The notes beneath the pieces are model-generated. The model did no database searches. It was not told the DNA's origin and was given only the letters and a program-made list of their open reading frames with translations. From the NCBI RefSeq assembly GCF_900129725.1, contig NZ_FQWQ01000003.1, positions 404,686-468,685 of the forward strand: DNA of 64,000 nt, given 5' to 3'. The translations under genes and the position numbers were made by a program. Numbering within the stretch: the first letter of the stretch is position 1; the number at the start of each line of letters is the position of its first letter. Of the stretch, positions 1 to 10,704 are shown in pieces. The DNA comes from Chryseolinea serpens (GTDB lineage: Bacteria > Bacteroidota > Bacteroidia > Cytophagales > Cyclobacteriaceae).

Positions 1-2614
1 GTACAGTCATCCGAAGCAAATAGCGCTTTATTCCCCATACATCTCAACGATCATGGAAGATTCGAAGGGCAACCTCTGGTTTGGAACCTCCGTGGGCATC
101 GATGTACTCATGAAGGAGTCTGGAAGCATCACGCATTTTGGATCAGAGCGGAATAATCCCACATCCCTTCGAAGCGACGCCATTCTGGGAACAATGGAAG
201 ATTCCGAGGGGAGGATCTGGATTGGGACACAGGGAGGACTTAGTCTATGGCAAAAGGGAAGCAACCGGTTTGTTAACTTCAGCGTGAAAGATGGATTGCC
301 TCACAATGCCATCATGTCTATGAAAGAGGATGCAGCCGGGAGGCTGTGGCTGGGTACACCGAATGGACTCGCGTGTGCGACGATCGTGTCTGAAGGCGGC
401 CGCATTCGGCTTGAGCTCGCCAACTACTCCGAAGCCGACGGTCTGCAAGGGCAGCGGTTCAATGAAGATGCTGTCCTCCAAACGATGAATGGAGAGCTTG
501 TCTTTGGCGGCGCCAATGGATTCAATATTTTCAAACCCGGTGATATCGGGCATAGCAAAACGATGCCACGGCTTGTCCTGACGGATTTTCAATTGTTCAA
601 CCGAAGCGTCCGGCCGGGAAAAGCGGACGGTAAGCACTTCGCGTTATCGTCTTCGATCACGACCAATCCTCCCATCGTGTTGGCCGCAAATGATGATGTT
701 TTTTCAATCGAGTTTGCGGCGCTCGACTTTATTCAGCCCTCCAAAAACAGCTATAAATACAAACTGGAAGGATTTAACCAGGAATGGCTGGTAACGGACG
801 CAAGCAACCGGAAAGTTACGTTCACCAACCTGGATGCCGGTGACTATGTGTTTCGCGTGATCGCCTCAAACGATGATGGGCTTTGGAATGAAGAAGGCAT
901 TTCACTTCCCATTAAAGTGCTTCCTCCTTTCTGGAAATCTACAAAGGCCGTTGTCGTTTACCTGCTCGTCCTGTCATTGCTGCTGTTTATCGCGCGTAAA
1001 CTCATCCAGCAACGCGAGCAAATGAAGTTTGCCATGAAACAACAACAGGAAGAGGCCATGCGGTCGCGCGAGTTGGATATGATCAAGACAAAGTTCTTTA
1101 CCAATGTGAGCCATGAATTCAGGACCCCGCTTTCGCTGATCATTTCTCCACTGGAAAAACTCAGCGAACAGGTCGTTGATCCGGCACAGCTTAAAAATAT
1201 AGATCTCATTCAGAAAAATGCCAAGAGATTATTGAACCTCGTTAACCAGCTGCTCGATTTTAGAAAAATGGAGGTTCATGATATTCGCTTTCATCCTTCG
1301 GAAGGTGATATCATCCGGTTTGTTCGTGAAACCGTTTCCTCCTTTGCCGATCTTTCTGAGAAAAAAAGCATTCGGCTCACATTCGAATCAAACACGTCTT
1401 CCCTGGAAGCTATTTTCGACCACGACAAAGTCGAGAAGATCTTGTTCAACCTGCTTTCGAACGCCTTCAAGTTCACCATGGACTCCGGGGTGATTTCAAT
1501 AGTCGTAGAGGTTAACGACGCGGCTGAAAATAGTATTGTAGAAATCATGGTGAAGGATTCCGGGATCGGGATCCCTGCCGAAAAACAGGAGCAGATCTTC
1601 GAGCGCTTCTTTCAAAACGACTTACCCAGTTCCCTCATGAACCAGGGGAGCGGTGTAGGTCTTGCTATCACAAAGGAATTTGTGCGCATCCATGGAGGCA
1701 CGATCCGCGTGGAAAGTGAGGAGGGAAAAGGAAGTTCCTTTATCGTAGTGTTGCCGCTGAAGAAAATGGTTCACACCGTACATGAAACCATAAATGAGCC
1801 CGTGAACACGGTGGTCGACGCTCCCATAGAAGAGGTGCCGGCATCGGAAGAGAAGCCTTTGATTTTGTTGATAGAAGATAACGAGGATTTTCGTATTTAT
1901 TTGAAGGATAATCTTAAGACATCGTATGCAGTTATCGAAGCTGCGAATGGAGAAGAGGGCTTGAAAAAAGCGATTTTGCAATATCCGGATCTTATCGTGA
2001 CGGACGTGATGATGCCGGGTATGGATGGCATTGAGCTTTGTAAAAAAATAAAATCCGATCAGCGTGTATCGCATATACCCGTGATCCTGCTCACGGCCCG
2101 TTCGGGCGAAGAGCAGCGACTGGAAGGATTTGAAGTAGGAGCAGATGACTATATCCCGAAACCCTTCAGCTTCCCCATGTTAGAGTCGAGGATCCGCAAC
2201 CTGATCTCGTTGCGGAAAGATCTCCATGCGTTGTTCGCCAAGAAGAACGGGATCAAGGCAAGCGAGATCCAGGTTACCTCGCTCGACGAGCAATTTATCC
2301 ATCGCGTTGTCCAGGCGATCGAAAACAATGTATCCAACAGTGAGCTGACGGTAATGGATTTAAGTCATGAACTGGGGGTGAGCCGTGCCCAGTTTTTTAG
2401 AAAGGTACAAGAGCTCACCAACAAATCGCCCCTGGAACTTATTCGCACCATCCGGTTGCAATATGCAGCACAACTTCTTGAGAAAAGTCAGCTCTCTGTT
2501 TCTGAAGTCGCTTACCGTGTGGGCTTCAATAACCCCAAATACTTCGCTCGTCATTTTAAAGATCTGTATCACGTATTGCCATCGGCGTATGCCAACGGCA
2601 AGCGAAGAAGTTAG
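1..2614 (+). CDS. Hybrid two-component system sensor histidine kinase/response regulator (HTCS), N-terminally truncated by the window edge. Domains: Y_Y_Y propeller, TM, HisKA, HATPase, REC, AraC HTH.
   Basis: The reading frame is open from base 2. It contains propeller repeats (GNLWFGT, GRIWIGT, GRLWLGT), a TM segment AVVVYLLVLSLLLFIA, an H-box FFTNVSHEFRTPLSLI, a G-box GSGVGLAI, a receiver domain (LLIEDNEDF...DLIVTDVMMPGMDG) and a C-terminal AraC HTH (ELIRTIRLQYAAQLL). It lies directly upstream of a SusC/SusD pair. Confidence 0.85.
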   Translation, partial: YSHPKQIALYSPYISTIMEDSKGNLWFGTSVGIDVLMKESGSITHFGSERNNPTSLRSDAILGTMEDSEGRIWIGTQGGLSLWQKGSNRFVNFSVKDGLPHNAIMSMKEDAAGRLWLGTPNGLACATIVSEGGRIRLELANYSEADGLQGQRFNEDAVLQTMNGELVFGGANGFNIFKPGDIGHSKTMPRLVLTDFQLFNRSVRPGKADGKHFALSSSITTNPPIVLAANDDVFSIEFAALDFIQPSKNSYKYKLEGFNQEWLVTDASNRKVTFTNLDAGDYVFRVIASNDDGLWNEEGISLPIKVLPPFWKSTKAVVVYLLVLSLLLFIARKLIQQREQMKFAMKQQQEEAMRSRELDMIKTKFFTNVSHEFRTPLSLIISPLEKLSEQVVDPAQLKNIDLIQKNAKRLLNLVNQLLDFRKMEVHDIRFHPSEGDIIRFVRETVSSFADLSEKKSIRLTFESNTSSLEAIFDHDKVEKILFNLLSNAFKFTMDSGVISIVVEVNDAAENSIVEIMVKDSGIGIPAEKQEQIFERFFQNDLPSSLMNQGSGVGLAITKEFVRIHGGTIRVESEEGKGSSFIVVLPLKKMVHTVHETINEPVNTVVDAPIEEVPASEEKPLILLIEDNEDFRIYLKDNLKTSYAVIEAANGEEGLKKAILQYPDLIVTDVMMPGMDGIELCKKIKSDQRVSHIPVILLTARSGEEQRLEGFEVGADDYIPKPFSFPMLESRIRNLISLRKDLHALFAKKNGIKASEIQVTSLDEQFIHRVVQAIENNVSNSELTVMDLSHELGVSRAQFFRKVQELTNKSPLELIRTIRLQYAAQLLEKSQLSVSEVAYRVGFNNPKYFARHFKDLYHVLPSAYANGKRRS

Positions 2615-3078
2615 CCGTTAAGCTTTGTATTAGACGTTTGTTACCCACCTTTAGGATTATTTGTTACGCTTGCGGGAACGGCGTCTGTCTATTTTTGCCG
2701 GACAAATATTCCGGTTTGAAACGAAAACTAAGAATCCTGCTTTTGATTGAAATGGTCATGTATGTGCTGATCATTTCCATTTTTACGTGGATCCTTTCCC
2801 TGGTGTAAAATGCGTTGCGGAGCCGTTATTTGTCACAACACGAATTCCACCCGGTAAAATCATACCTACTTTCGAGACTTTTTAATACCCCCTTAGACTC
2901 CATATCCCTGTCTCTAAGACGAATCAATACCGTCTCCAGCGGGCTCCCGCCATACATTTACTGCAAACGATTACGGAATTGTAGCTCAGAAATCGTCAGC
3001 CCTCTTTGGACCAAAACGGGTCAATTAGCTCGATTTCAGGCTCAAGTCCGTAAAGTTTAACCTCTAAACCTCAATCAT

Positions 3079-6000
3079 ATGAAGAAGAAACTCTACAGAT
3101 GTTTCGGCATTTCTGTGTTGATCCTGATGCTAGGCTACCTCCAGGTTCCGGCGCAGCAGCGATCGATCACGGGAACCGTAAAGGACGTATCTGGAAGTAC
3201 CATACCAGGCGTCAGTGTAGTTGTAAAAGGTACGAGCATTGGGACCGTCACGGATGCTGATGGGACATTTTCCATTAATGCCAACCCCAATGAGACGCTC
3301 GTATTCACGTTTATCGGCTATAAGCGCGAAGAAATCCTGATCACCCAACAGACCAGGCTCGACATGACATTAAGTGAAGACGTGAAGACACTTGATGAGA
3401 TCGTGGTGGTGGGGTATGGTGAGTCAAAGAGAAAGGATGTCACGGGCGCGATCTCTTCCATCACCGGCGATGAGATCCGAAAAACAAATCCGGTCACGTT
3501 CGACCAGGCGTTGCAGGGGAAAGTAGCCGGCGTGGTTGTGCAGCAGATCTCTGGTCAGCCAGGGGGAGCTGTTTCTATACAGATCCGTGGGATCTCCTCT
3601 TTTAGCGGCGCTTCGCCTTTATTTGTGATCGATGGCGTGATCATCGGCGGCGGTGCGAATACGGCAGTGGGTTCTAATCCGTTGGCGGGTATCAACCCTT
3701 CGGAGATCGAGTCGATCGATGTTTTAAAAGATGCATCGGCTACCGCCATCTATGGCTCGCAGGCCACGAACGGCGTGGTGATCATCAAGACGAAAAGAGG
3801 CCAGGTATCGCCACCCAAAATAACATACGATTTCTATACCGGCTATCAGCAAGTGAGGAAGATGCTTCCTACCATGAACCTGCGCGAGTTTGCCACTTTT
3901 ATAAACGACAGAAACACGGGGTTAGGCTGGGGATTTGATACCCGACCTCAGTTCGCCAATCCACAATACCTGGGTGAGGGCACCAATTGGCAAAAAGAAT
4001 TATTCCGGAACGCGCCGATGAGCAATCACTCGGTGACGGTGAGCGGAGGCGACGAACGGACGCAGTACTTATTTTCCGGCGCTTACTTCAAGCAGGAAGG
4101 AATTGCCCTAGGCTCCGGATTCCAGCGCGTCTCCGTGCGACTCAACCTGGATAACAAAACCACCCGTTGGTTGAAAATTGGAACCAGCCTGCAGCTCGTC
4201 AACATCAAGGAGAATGTCAACTCCACAAACTCAAATGTCATTTCTACTGCACTCAGTCAAACACCCGATATCGCTGTAAAAAATCCGGATGGAAGCTGGG
4301 GAGGTGGCATCGATCCAAACGGCTGGGTGAACGCTAGCAGAATGGCAAACCCGTATGCCCTTGCCCTGATCAATACCGATCTGGCAAAGCGCAACCAGCT
4401 CTTCGGCAATGTTTACGCTGAAATAGAATTTACCAAGAACCTGATGCTGCGGAATGAATTGTCAGGAAGTTTCGCCATGGGTACGGAAGATAAATTCAAT
4501 CCTACCTATACGATGGGACTTAATGTGAATAAAACAAATTCTGCCACGTACTCCTATACACAAAATTACTACACGATCGTCAGGAACTATCTCACCTATT
4601 CCAAAATGTTCAATTCCGCCTATAACCTCACCGTTATGGGGGGACATGAAGCGCAGTTGAATACCAGTGAAAGCGTTTCGGCGTCGCGCATAAATTTTCC
4701 TTCAAACAACGTTCACGCCATCAACAGCGGCGATGCCACAACGGCCACCAACTCGGGCACAAAAGGACAGAACGCACTTGAATCGTATTTCGGTCGTGTC
4801 AATTTTATGTGGAACGATAAATATCTGTTCACCGGCAACGTGCGCGCGGATGGTTCGTCAAAATTTGCGGCGGATAACCGGTGGGTAACGACCTATTCCG
4901 GTGCGCTGGCATGGAAAATTCAAAATGAAAATTTTCTTAGAAACACGCCCGTCAATGAGTTAAAGCTCCGCGCAGGGTATGGACTTACCAACAACCAAAA
5001 TATAAAAGACTATGCCTATGCAGCGACGCTGAACACCATTTCCAATGGTCTGTCGGGCGTTGCTCAACTTACCGGCAATCTGGCTAACCCGTTGGTGCAA
5101 TGGGAAAAAACCAAGTACGCCAACATTGGCCTGGATGGAGGCATCCTGAACTCACGCATCAATTTCTCTGTGGATTTTTATGACCGCAGAACAGATGGCC
5201 TTTTGCTCAGTCTCCCGTTGCCTTTTTATTCCGGCACCACCACAGGCTATTCACCGGGTGCCCTGGAAGCTCCCTATGTAAATGTTGGGTCGGTGAGCAA
5301 CAAAGGGTTTGATTTCAGGATCAGCTCAACGAACCTGACCACAAGAGGGTTTACCTGGAGAACCGATGTCACCGTATCACACAACACCAATAAAATAGAG
5401 AAGTTGAACACGGATGGGGCTTCATTGCCGGGTTACTATGGGGCCAACGTTGCGGCCATGTCGGTGGTGGGCCGGTCGATGGGGCAATTTTACGGCTATC
5501 AAACCGATGGCCTCTTTGCAACGGCTAACGATTTTGAAACCCATCCCTTGCCGATTAATCCTACCACCGGTGCAAAATTGCCGATTGGACCATCGTCGGG
5601 TTCGATCTGGTATGGCGACTACAAATTCAAAGATGTCAATGGCGATGGTGTTATCGACGAACATGACCAAACGTTTCTGGGTTCGCCTATTCCTAAATAT
5701 CAGATTGGTTTCAATAACACTTTTACCTACAGGAATTTTGATCTGAATGTTTTCTTCAGTGCGAACGTGGGGAACAAAGTGTTGAATGGATTGCGCATAC
5801 AAAGCGACAACCCGTTGACCAGTTTTGGCTATTTTAAGTCGCTGTCAAACCACGCGCAACTGGCGTTAATTGACCCCAATGGATCGGCTTCAGACATCAA
5901 CAACGTCTACGTCACCAATCCGGAAACGGATATCGTAGGGCTCCGAAATGACGATACGAATAACAACAATCGGATCTCCAACCGGTATGTCGAAGATGGT

Positions 6001-6237
6001 TCTTTTATTCGATGCAAGACCATTTCGCTGGGCTACACGATCCCCGAAAAGATCACGTCGAAATTGCACATACATTCCTTGCGGATTTATGGTAATGTTT
6101 CCAACGCTTTTCTCATAACGAAATACAAAGGGATGGATCCAGAAATCGGTTCATGGAATCCGCTGTCTGCAGGGATGGATAATGGTTTTTATCCCCAGCC
6201 CCGGGTATTTACTATAGGCGCTAACCTGCAACTATAA
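3079..6237 (+). CDS. susC: SusC/RagA-family TonB-dependent outer membrane transporter
   Basis: It has a signal peptide. A CarboxypepD_reg-like N-terminus (ITGTVKDVSGSTIPGVSVVVKGTSIGTVTDADGTFSI) and a TonB box/plug (DEIVVVGYG...) are present. The protein is 1052 aa and ends in the C-terminal beta-barrel motif (RVFTIGANLQL). A SusD gene follows 44 bp later. Confidence 0.9.
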   Translation: MKKKLYRCFGISVLILMLGYLQVPAQQRSITGTVKDVSGSTIPGVSVVVKGTSIGTVTDADGTFSINANPNETLVFTFIGYKREEILITQQTRLDMTLSEDVKTLDEIVVVGYGESKRKDVTGAISSITGDEIRKTNPVTFDQALQGKVAGVVVQQISGQPGGAVSIQIRGISSFSGASPLFVIDGVIIGGGANTAVGSNPLAGINPSEIESIDVLKDASATAIYGSQATNGVVIIKTKRGQVSPPKITYDFYTGYQQVRKMLPTMNLREFATFINDRNTGLGWGFDTRPQFANPQYLGEGTNWQKELFRNAPMSNHSVTVSGGDERTQYLFSGAYFKQEGIALGSGFQRVSVRLNLDNKTTRWLKIGTSLQLVNIKENVNSTNSNVISTALSQTPDIAVKNPDGSWGGGIDPNGWVNASRMANPYALALINTDLAKRNQLFGNVYAEIEFTKNLMLRNELSGSFAMGTEDKFNPTYTMGLNVNKTNSATYSYTQNYYTIVRNYLTYSKMFNSAYNLTVMGGHEAQLNTSESVSASRINFPSNNVHAINSGDATTATNSGTKGQNALESYFGRVNFMWNDKYLFTGNVRADGSSKFAADNRWVTTYSGALAWKIQNENFLRNTPVNELKLRAGYGLTNNQNIKDYAYAATLNTISNGLSGVAQLTGNLANPLVQWEKTKYANIGLDGGILNSRINFSVDFYDRRTDGLLLSLPLPFYSGTTTGYSPGALEAPYVNVGSVSNKGFDFRISSTNLTTRGFTWRTDVTVSHNTNKIEKLNTDGASLPGYYGANVAAMSVVGRSMGQFYGYQTDGLFATANDFETHPLPINPTTGAKLPIGPSSGSIWYGDYKFKDVNGDGVIDEHDQTFLGSPIPKYQIGFNNTFTYRNFDLNVFFSANVGNKVLNGLRIQSDNPLTSFGYFKSLSNHAQLALIDPNGSASDINNVYVTNPETDIVGLRNDDTNNNNRISNRYVEDGSFIRCKTISLGYTIPEKITSKLHIHSLRIYGNVSNAFLITKYKGMDPEIGSWNPLSAGMDNGFYPQPRVFTIGANLQL

Positions 6238-6281
6238 GAATACATGGCTATTGGTCCTTTTAAACAATAAAATATTAAGCA

Positions 6282-7856
6282 ATGAAATCAATATATGCCT
6301 TGATCGTCCCTTTGCTGTTCGTTATCGTATCGATAACGAGCTGCCAAAAAGATTTTCTTGAACGTCCGTCATTATCACAGATAAGTTCTGATAATTTTTA
6401 TCAGACAACGGCAGACTTAAGACTGGCTACAGCCGCGCTCTACGGTGGTTCTCCCTGGTGGCAATGGAACACCCAGCCCTACATGATGCTGGGTGATGTC
6501 ATGAGCGGTAACTTGATCTCGCAATGGTGGGGCGATGCCGTGCAGCTGAACACGTTCTCGATTACGGGACAAAACGCCATCATGCAGCAAGCCTGGACGG
6601 GCTTGTACATTGTGGTGGCGCATTGTAATTCAACCATTAATGCCATACGTGAAAAAGCACCCGCTTCCATTCCGGAATCGGATAAAAATGCGGCCATTGC
6701 AGAGGCCAGGTTTATTCGTGCCATGGCCTATTATCACCTGGTCATGCTCTGGGGCGATGTGCCCATCATTGAAGACAACACCAAACTCATCAGCTCACCG
6801 CTGGTGAACCGGAATACAAAGGCGGATGTCTACAGGTTTATTACGGCCGACCTGATCTTTGCCTCGCGAAACCTCCCTGCCACAGACGCCGCCGGGAGAG
6901 CCACCACGTGGTCGGCACAAGGGATGGCCGGCAAAGTGTACCTGACGATGTCCGGCTTATCGCAGGAGGGAGGCTCACGCAATCAGACCTATTTGGATAG
7001 CGCAAAATTTTATGCCGGTAATGTATGTAAGAACAGTGGACGGTCGCTGTTTCCCAGTTACTATGACCTGTTCAAAACGCAATTCAATGACAACCCGGAA
7101 TCCTTATTTGCACTGCAATGGGCACCTGGCGTAACGTATGGCTTTGGCAACATGCTGCAGACCTACTCTCCCAGCTCCGACATCACGCCCAACAATCAAG
7201 GAGCCTGGCTTTTTCTGCAGCCTACCTACGATCTATACAAACTATATTCCAAGAAAGACACGATCCGACGCAAGGCTAGCTTTATGCTTCCCGGCGACAA
7301 GTACCCTGAACTGAACGCCGCAGGGGGTGGCTATACTTCCAATAGTTCAACCTTGAAAAAGCATATGGTAGGAACGCAAACGGATAATAATTCACCTAAC
7401 ATGACGCTCGTCTCGTCCGTAGAACATAATTCCCTGCTCAGGCTGGCCGATGTGTACCTGGTATATGCCGAAGCCATCTTGGGCAACAATGGATCTACCG
7501 CCGATGGTGAGGCGCTGCAATATTTTAACGCCGTGCGCAAAAGGGCAGGCGTCGACCCGGCACCCTCGCTGAATATCGACACGTTGATCCAGGAGCGGCG
7601 AAAAGAACTGGCCTATGAAGGACATTACTGGTTCGACCTGGTCCGGCTTTCTTACTACGACCCTCAAAAAGCCGTGAGCTTTCTCAATGATCAGCAACGC
7701 GTAACCTTTGCCTATAGCAGTGGTATCGCTACGCCAAATGCCCCGATCGGAAGCATTACCCCTGCGAACCCCGGCACCTTTACGCTACAGTTGCCGTCGG
7801 CGGAACTTACGGCAAACCCCAAGTTGGCGGATGCCCCGGTGCGCTATTACCATTGA
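6282..7856 (+). CDS. susD: SusD/RagB-family nutrient-binding outer membrane lipoprotein
   Basis: It has a lipoprotein signal (ITSC). It is about 520 aa with TPR-like SusD motifs (ARFIRAMAYYHLVMLWGDVPII; LRLADVYLVYAEA; RRKELAYEGHYWFDLVR). It is positioned immediately after SusC. Confidence 0.85.
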   Translation: MKSIYALIVPLLFVIVSITSCQKDFLERPSLSQISSDNFYQTTADLRLATAALYGGSPWWQWNTQPYMMLGDVMSGNLISQWWGDAVQLNTFSITGQNAIMQQAWTGLYIVVAHCNSTINAIREKAPASIPESDKNAAIAEARFIRAMAYYHLVMLWGDVPIIEDNTKLISSPLVNRNTKADVYRFITADLIFASRNLPATDAAGRATTWSAQGMAGKVYLTMSGLSQEGGSRNQTYLDSAKFYAGNVCKNSGRSLFPSYYDLFKTQFNDNPESLFALQWAPGVTYGFGNMLQTYSPSSDITPNNQGAWLFLQPTYDLYKLYSKKDTIRRKASFMLPGDKYPELNAAGGGYTSNSSTLKKHMVGTQTDNNSPNMTLVSSVEHNSLLRLADVYLVYAEAILGNNGSTADGEALQYFNAVRKRAGVDPAPSLNIDTLIQERRKELAYEGHYWFDLVRLSYYDPQKAVSFLNDQQRVTFAYSSGIATPNAPIGSITPANPGTFTLQLPSAELTANPKLADAPVRYYH

Positions 7857-7887
7857 TGATTTACGCTCAGACTTAAAAAAATCAACT

Positions 7888-9090
7888 ATGAAAAAGATAC
7901 TGTATAACTATACGCGGCAGCTTTTTTTACTGTCAGTGACTTTGATGTGGCTGCAGGCCTGCGAAAAAGATGAGGTGAGTGCCCCGGTGATAACCGGCAT
8001 CATAAATTACGCCCCATCGCCGGATGACACGGTCTTGCAAAGTCTGACCCCCGGCCAGTGGGTGGTAGTGAACGGACATAATTTGCAAGACGCTCTCCAG
8101 ATTTCCTTCAATGGCGTGCCGGCAAATTTCAACAACGGATTATTTTCAGATTCGTATGCTGTCGTGCAGGTGCCGGCGGTGATACCGTTCCCATCCATAC
8201 CCGCCGAGAAGCTCAATACCATTCAATATTTTACATCGCATGGGTCAGCGACATTTGAGTTTAGTATTGTGGCACCGGCACCCACCATCACCAGCATCTC
8301 AAATGAGAATGCCAACGCGGGAGACTCGGTATATATCTATGGGACAAATTTATTTCTGCTTACCAAAATAAGTTTTGCCGGCGTACCGATCACAGCGTAC
8401 ACCTCATCGGTCAATGGTACGGCTGTGGGCTTCGTGTTGCCAGAGCTTAATCAAAGCGGACAGGTGATTGTCGCGAACCAGTCGGGCGCAGATTCTACTG
8501 CTTTCAATGTGAATGATGCATCGACTGGGGTCCTCTGTGATTTTGATAACATCAATACGCTTAGTTGGGGCACGGGCACAGATAATAGCAGCACCAATTT
8601 TCCGGGCAACAAGGGATCCTATGCCGTGCTCAATAATGCTGTTTTAAGCGCTGGCGATGCGTCATGGTGGAATTGGCAACGCAGCATCAATACCAACGCG
8701 GTGCAATGGGTTCCTGTCGATAATATGAGCGATCCTGTCGGCGACTACGCGCTTAAATTCGAGATCAATGTTCCGGATGCATGGAAGGGGACTTCTATCG
8801 TTGTCTTGAAGGATTACACATGGACGTATGTTGCTCCCTATGAGCCGTGGAAAGACGCCAACGGAAATACGTTTTCATATTCCACCAAGGGTTGGCGCAC
8901 GGTAACCCTTCCATTATCTGGATTTCGAAAGGATAACGGTACGGGAGTTGCCGTTACCAGCTTGACCGATTTGTTGGGAAGCACGGGCAATGGAAGCGTA
9001 AACATCTATACGATCAACAGTGCCGCTACCCCTACAGCGACAGGGTTGATTGCGGCCATTGATAATATCAGAGTAGTGAAAATCAAATAG
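7888..9090 (+). CDS. PUL surface glycan-binding lipoprotein with two IPT/TIG-like domains (in the SusE/SGBP position)
   Basis: The ATG at 7888 gives MKKILYNYTRQLFLLSVTLMWLQAC, a lipobox. The upstream extension back to 7708 overlaps the SusD 3' end and is not believed. There are two about 90-aa beta-rich repeats (PVITGI...VVVNGHNL; PTITSISNENANAGDSVYIYGTNL), typical of IPT/TIG SGBPs in hemicellulose PULs. Confidence 0.6.
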   Translation: MKKILYNYTRQLFLLSVTLMWLQACEKDEVSAPVITGIINYAPSPDDTVLQSLTPGQWVVVNGHNLQDALQISFNGVPANFNNGLFSDSYAVVQVPAVIPFPSIPAEKLNTIQYFTSHGSATFEFSIVAPAPTITSISNENANAGDSVYIYGTNLFLLTKISFAGVPITAYTSSVNGTAVGFVLPELNQSGQVIVANQSGADSTAFNVNDASTGVLCDFDNINTLSWGTGTDNSSTNFPGNKGSYAVLNNAVLSAGDASWWNWQRSINTNAVQWVPVDNMSDPVGDYALKFEINVPDAWKGTSIVVLKDYTWTYVAPYEPWKDANGNTFSYSTKGWRTVTLPLSGFRKDNGTGVAVTSLTDLLGSTGNGSVNIYTINSAATPTATGLIAAIDNIRVVKIK

Positions 9091-9221
9091 CCGTCATCTG
9101 CCAACGGAGCAGTAGTTGTTAAAAAGACCCTCTAACGTAAAAATGTACGCGAATTGAAATGTTAGTTCATGTTGTAAGGTTTCGTTCGCTGGAAATAGTA
9201 TGCATCTAAAGTGAAGAAAAA

Positions 9222-10676
9222 ATGAAGATCAAATGTCCTTTTAAAATTTCTCTGTTTTTCATTGTCGTTATTTCCTTTTCCTCTTGCGGAAAGGAGGGGG
9301 TTGAACCACAGCTGTCGGTTTCTGAAACGGAGCTTACCTTCCCCGTCGCGGGAGGCACGTCTGAAATAACCGTGACCAGTAGCGATAGCTGGCGTATTAA
9401 CAATGCTGCCTCCGCATGGTTGCAGCTAACGCAAACCGGTGGGAACAGCGGCAGTGTCACCATTCAAATAATTGCAGGATCGAATGCTACCGGTTCCACG
9501 CGTTCAGCGGTGTTGGTGGTGAGCTCAGATAGCGGCCAGTCCAGGCGCGTTACCGTTTCTCAGCCGAGCCAGATCTTTCTGCCTCAGATCTATCCGTCGT
9601 ATAATACATCTCCCCAACCATCGGATGCCACCGGGATGAGTAGCACAGCCCTGCAACTCGCCGACAAGATAAAGTTGGGCTGGAACCTTGGAAATACCAT
9701 GGAAGCACCCGGTGGTGAAACCGGGTGGGGTAGCCCTGTCATCACGGAAGACTATATCAAATTTGTAAAGCAAACTGGTTTTAATGCTATTCGCATTCCC
9801 AGTGCCTGGAATTGGTATCACGTGGATAATAAGGCAACCGCGCACATCGATCAAAACTGGCTCAACCGAGTGAAAGAAGTGGTGGGCTATTGCGTGAAAA
9901 ATGACATGTACGTTTTGCTGAATATTCACTGGGATGGTGGATGGCTTGAGAATAACTGTACCCCCGTAAAAAAGGATTCGGTCAACGCCAAACAAAAAGC
10001 ACTATGGGAACAGATCGCAACGACGATGCGTGACTTCGATGAACATCTCATGTTTGCCAGCGCCAACGAGCCCAACGCCGACGATGCCACGAAAATGGGT
10101 GTGTTGCGCTCCTATCATCAGACTTTTGTTGATGCCGTTCGCTCCACCGGAGGTCGCAACACCTATCGCGTCCTGGTGCTGCAAGGCACACCCGAATGGT
10201 TTGACGTAAGCTCATTCCCCACCGATCCCTCGCCAAACCGTCTTATGTTTGAGCCGCATAATTATACGCCTTTTCAATTTACAGCCTTGGATGGGGATGC
10301 GAGCTGGGGTAAAATGTTTTACTACTGGGGTGCCGGACATCATTCTACGATCGAACCCGATCGCAATCCAAACTGGGGGGAAGAAGATGAACAGCTGAAA
10401 GCCTTTAAACTGTGGAAGGAGAATTATGTCGACAAGGGCATTCCTGTCCTCATGGGGGAATATGGCGCATACCGACGAGGTGGCACTAAAAACATTCCTT
10501 TGGACTTAGCCACGCACAACGACGCGGTTGACTACTGGCTAACCTACGTCACCAAGCAGGCGATAGCGAACGGTATCAAGCCGTTTTACTGGGACACAGG
10601 CGGAGCGTTGGATAGAGCAAATTATACGGTAAAAGATCAACGTACGATAGATGCTATTCTGGAAGGTGCGAAATAG
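9222..10676 (+). CDS. Glycoside hydrolase family 5 endoglucanase with an N-terminal BACON domain (lipoprotein)
   Basis: It has a lipobox (SFSSCGKEG) and a BACON-like domain (LTFPVAGGTSEITVTSSDSWRINNAASAWLQLTQTGGNSGSVTIQIIAGSNATGSTRSAVLVVSS). The GH5 core follows (GWNLGNTMEA, FNAIRIPSAWNWY, LLNIHWDGGW, ASANEPN). The architecture resembles the BACON-GH5 endo-xyloglucanases of Bacteroides xyloglucan loci. Confidence 0.8.
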   Translation: MKIKCPFKISLFFIVVISFSSCGKEGVEPQLSVSETELTFPVAGGTSEITVTSSDSWRINNAASAWLQLTQTGGNSGSVTIQIIAGSNATGSTRSAVLVVSSDSGQSRRVTVSQPSQIFLPQIYPSYNTSPQPSDATGMSSTALQLADKIKLGWNLGNTMEAPGGETGWGSPVITEDYIKFVKQTGFNAIRIPSAWNWYHVDNKATAHIDQNWLNRVKEVVGYCVKNDMYVLLNIHWDGGWLENNCTPVKKDSVNAKQKALWEQIATTMRDFDEHLMFASANEPNADDATKMGVLRSYHQTFVDAVRSTGGRNTYRVLVLQGTPEWFDVSSFPTDPSPNRLMFEPHNYTPFQFTALDGDASWGKMFYYWGAGHHSTIEPDRNPNWGEEDEQLKAFKLWKENYVDKGIPVLMGEYGAYRRGGTKNIPLDLATHNDAVDYWLTYVTKQAIANGIKPFYWDTGGALDRANYTVKDQRTIDAILEGAK

Positions 10677-10704
10677 ACGCTTTATGAATTGTAATTATTC
10701 AAGA

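Noticed and set aside
7708-7887. The 60-codon upstream extension of the IPT/TIG lipoprotein ORF, which overlaps the SusD 3' end
   Set aside because: A proper lipoprotein signal begins at the ATG at 7888. Similar 5' extensions at 10651, 12227, 24833..24922 and 42105 were trimmed for the same reason.
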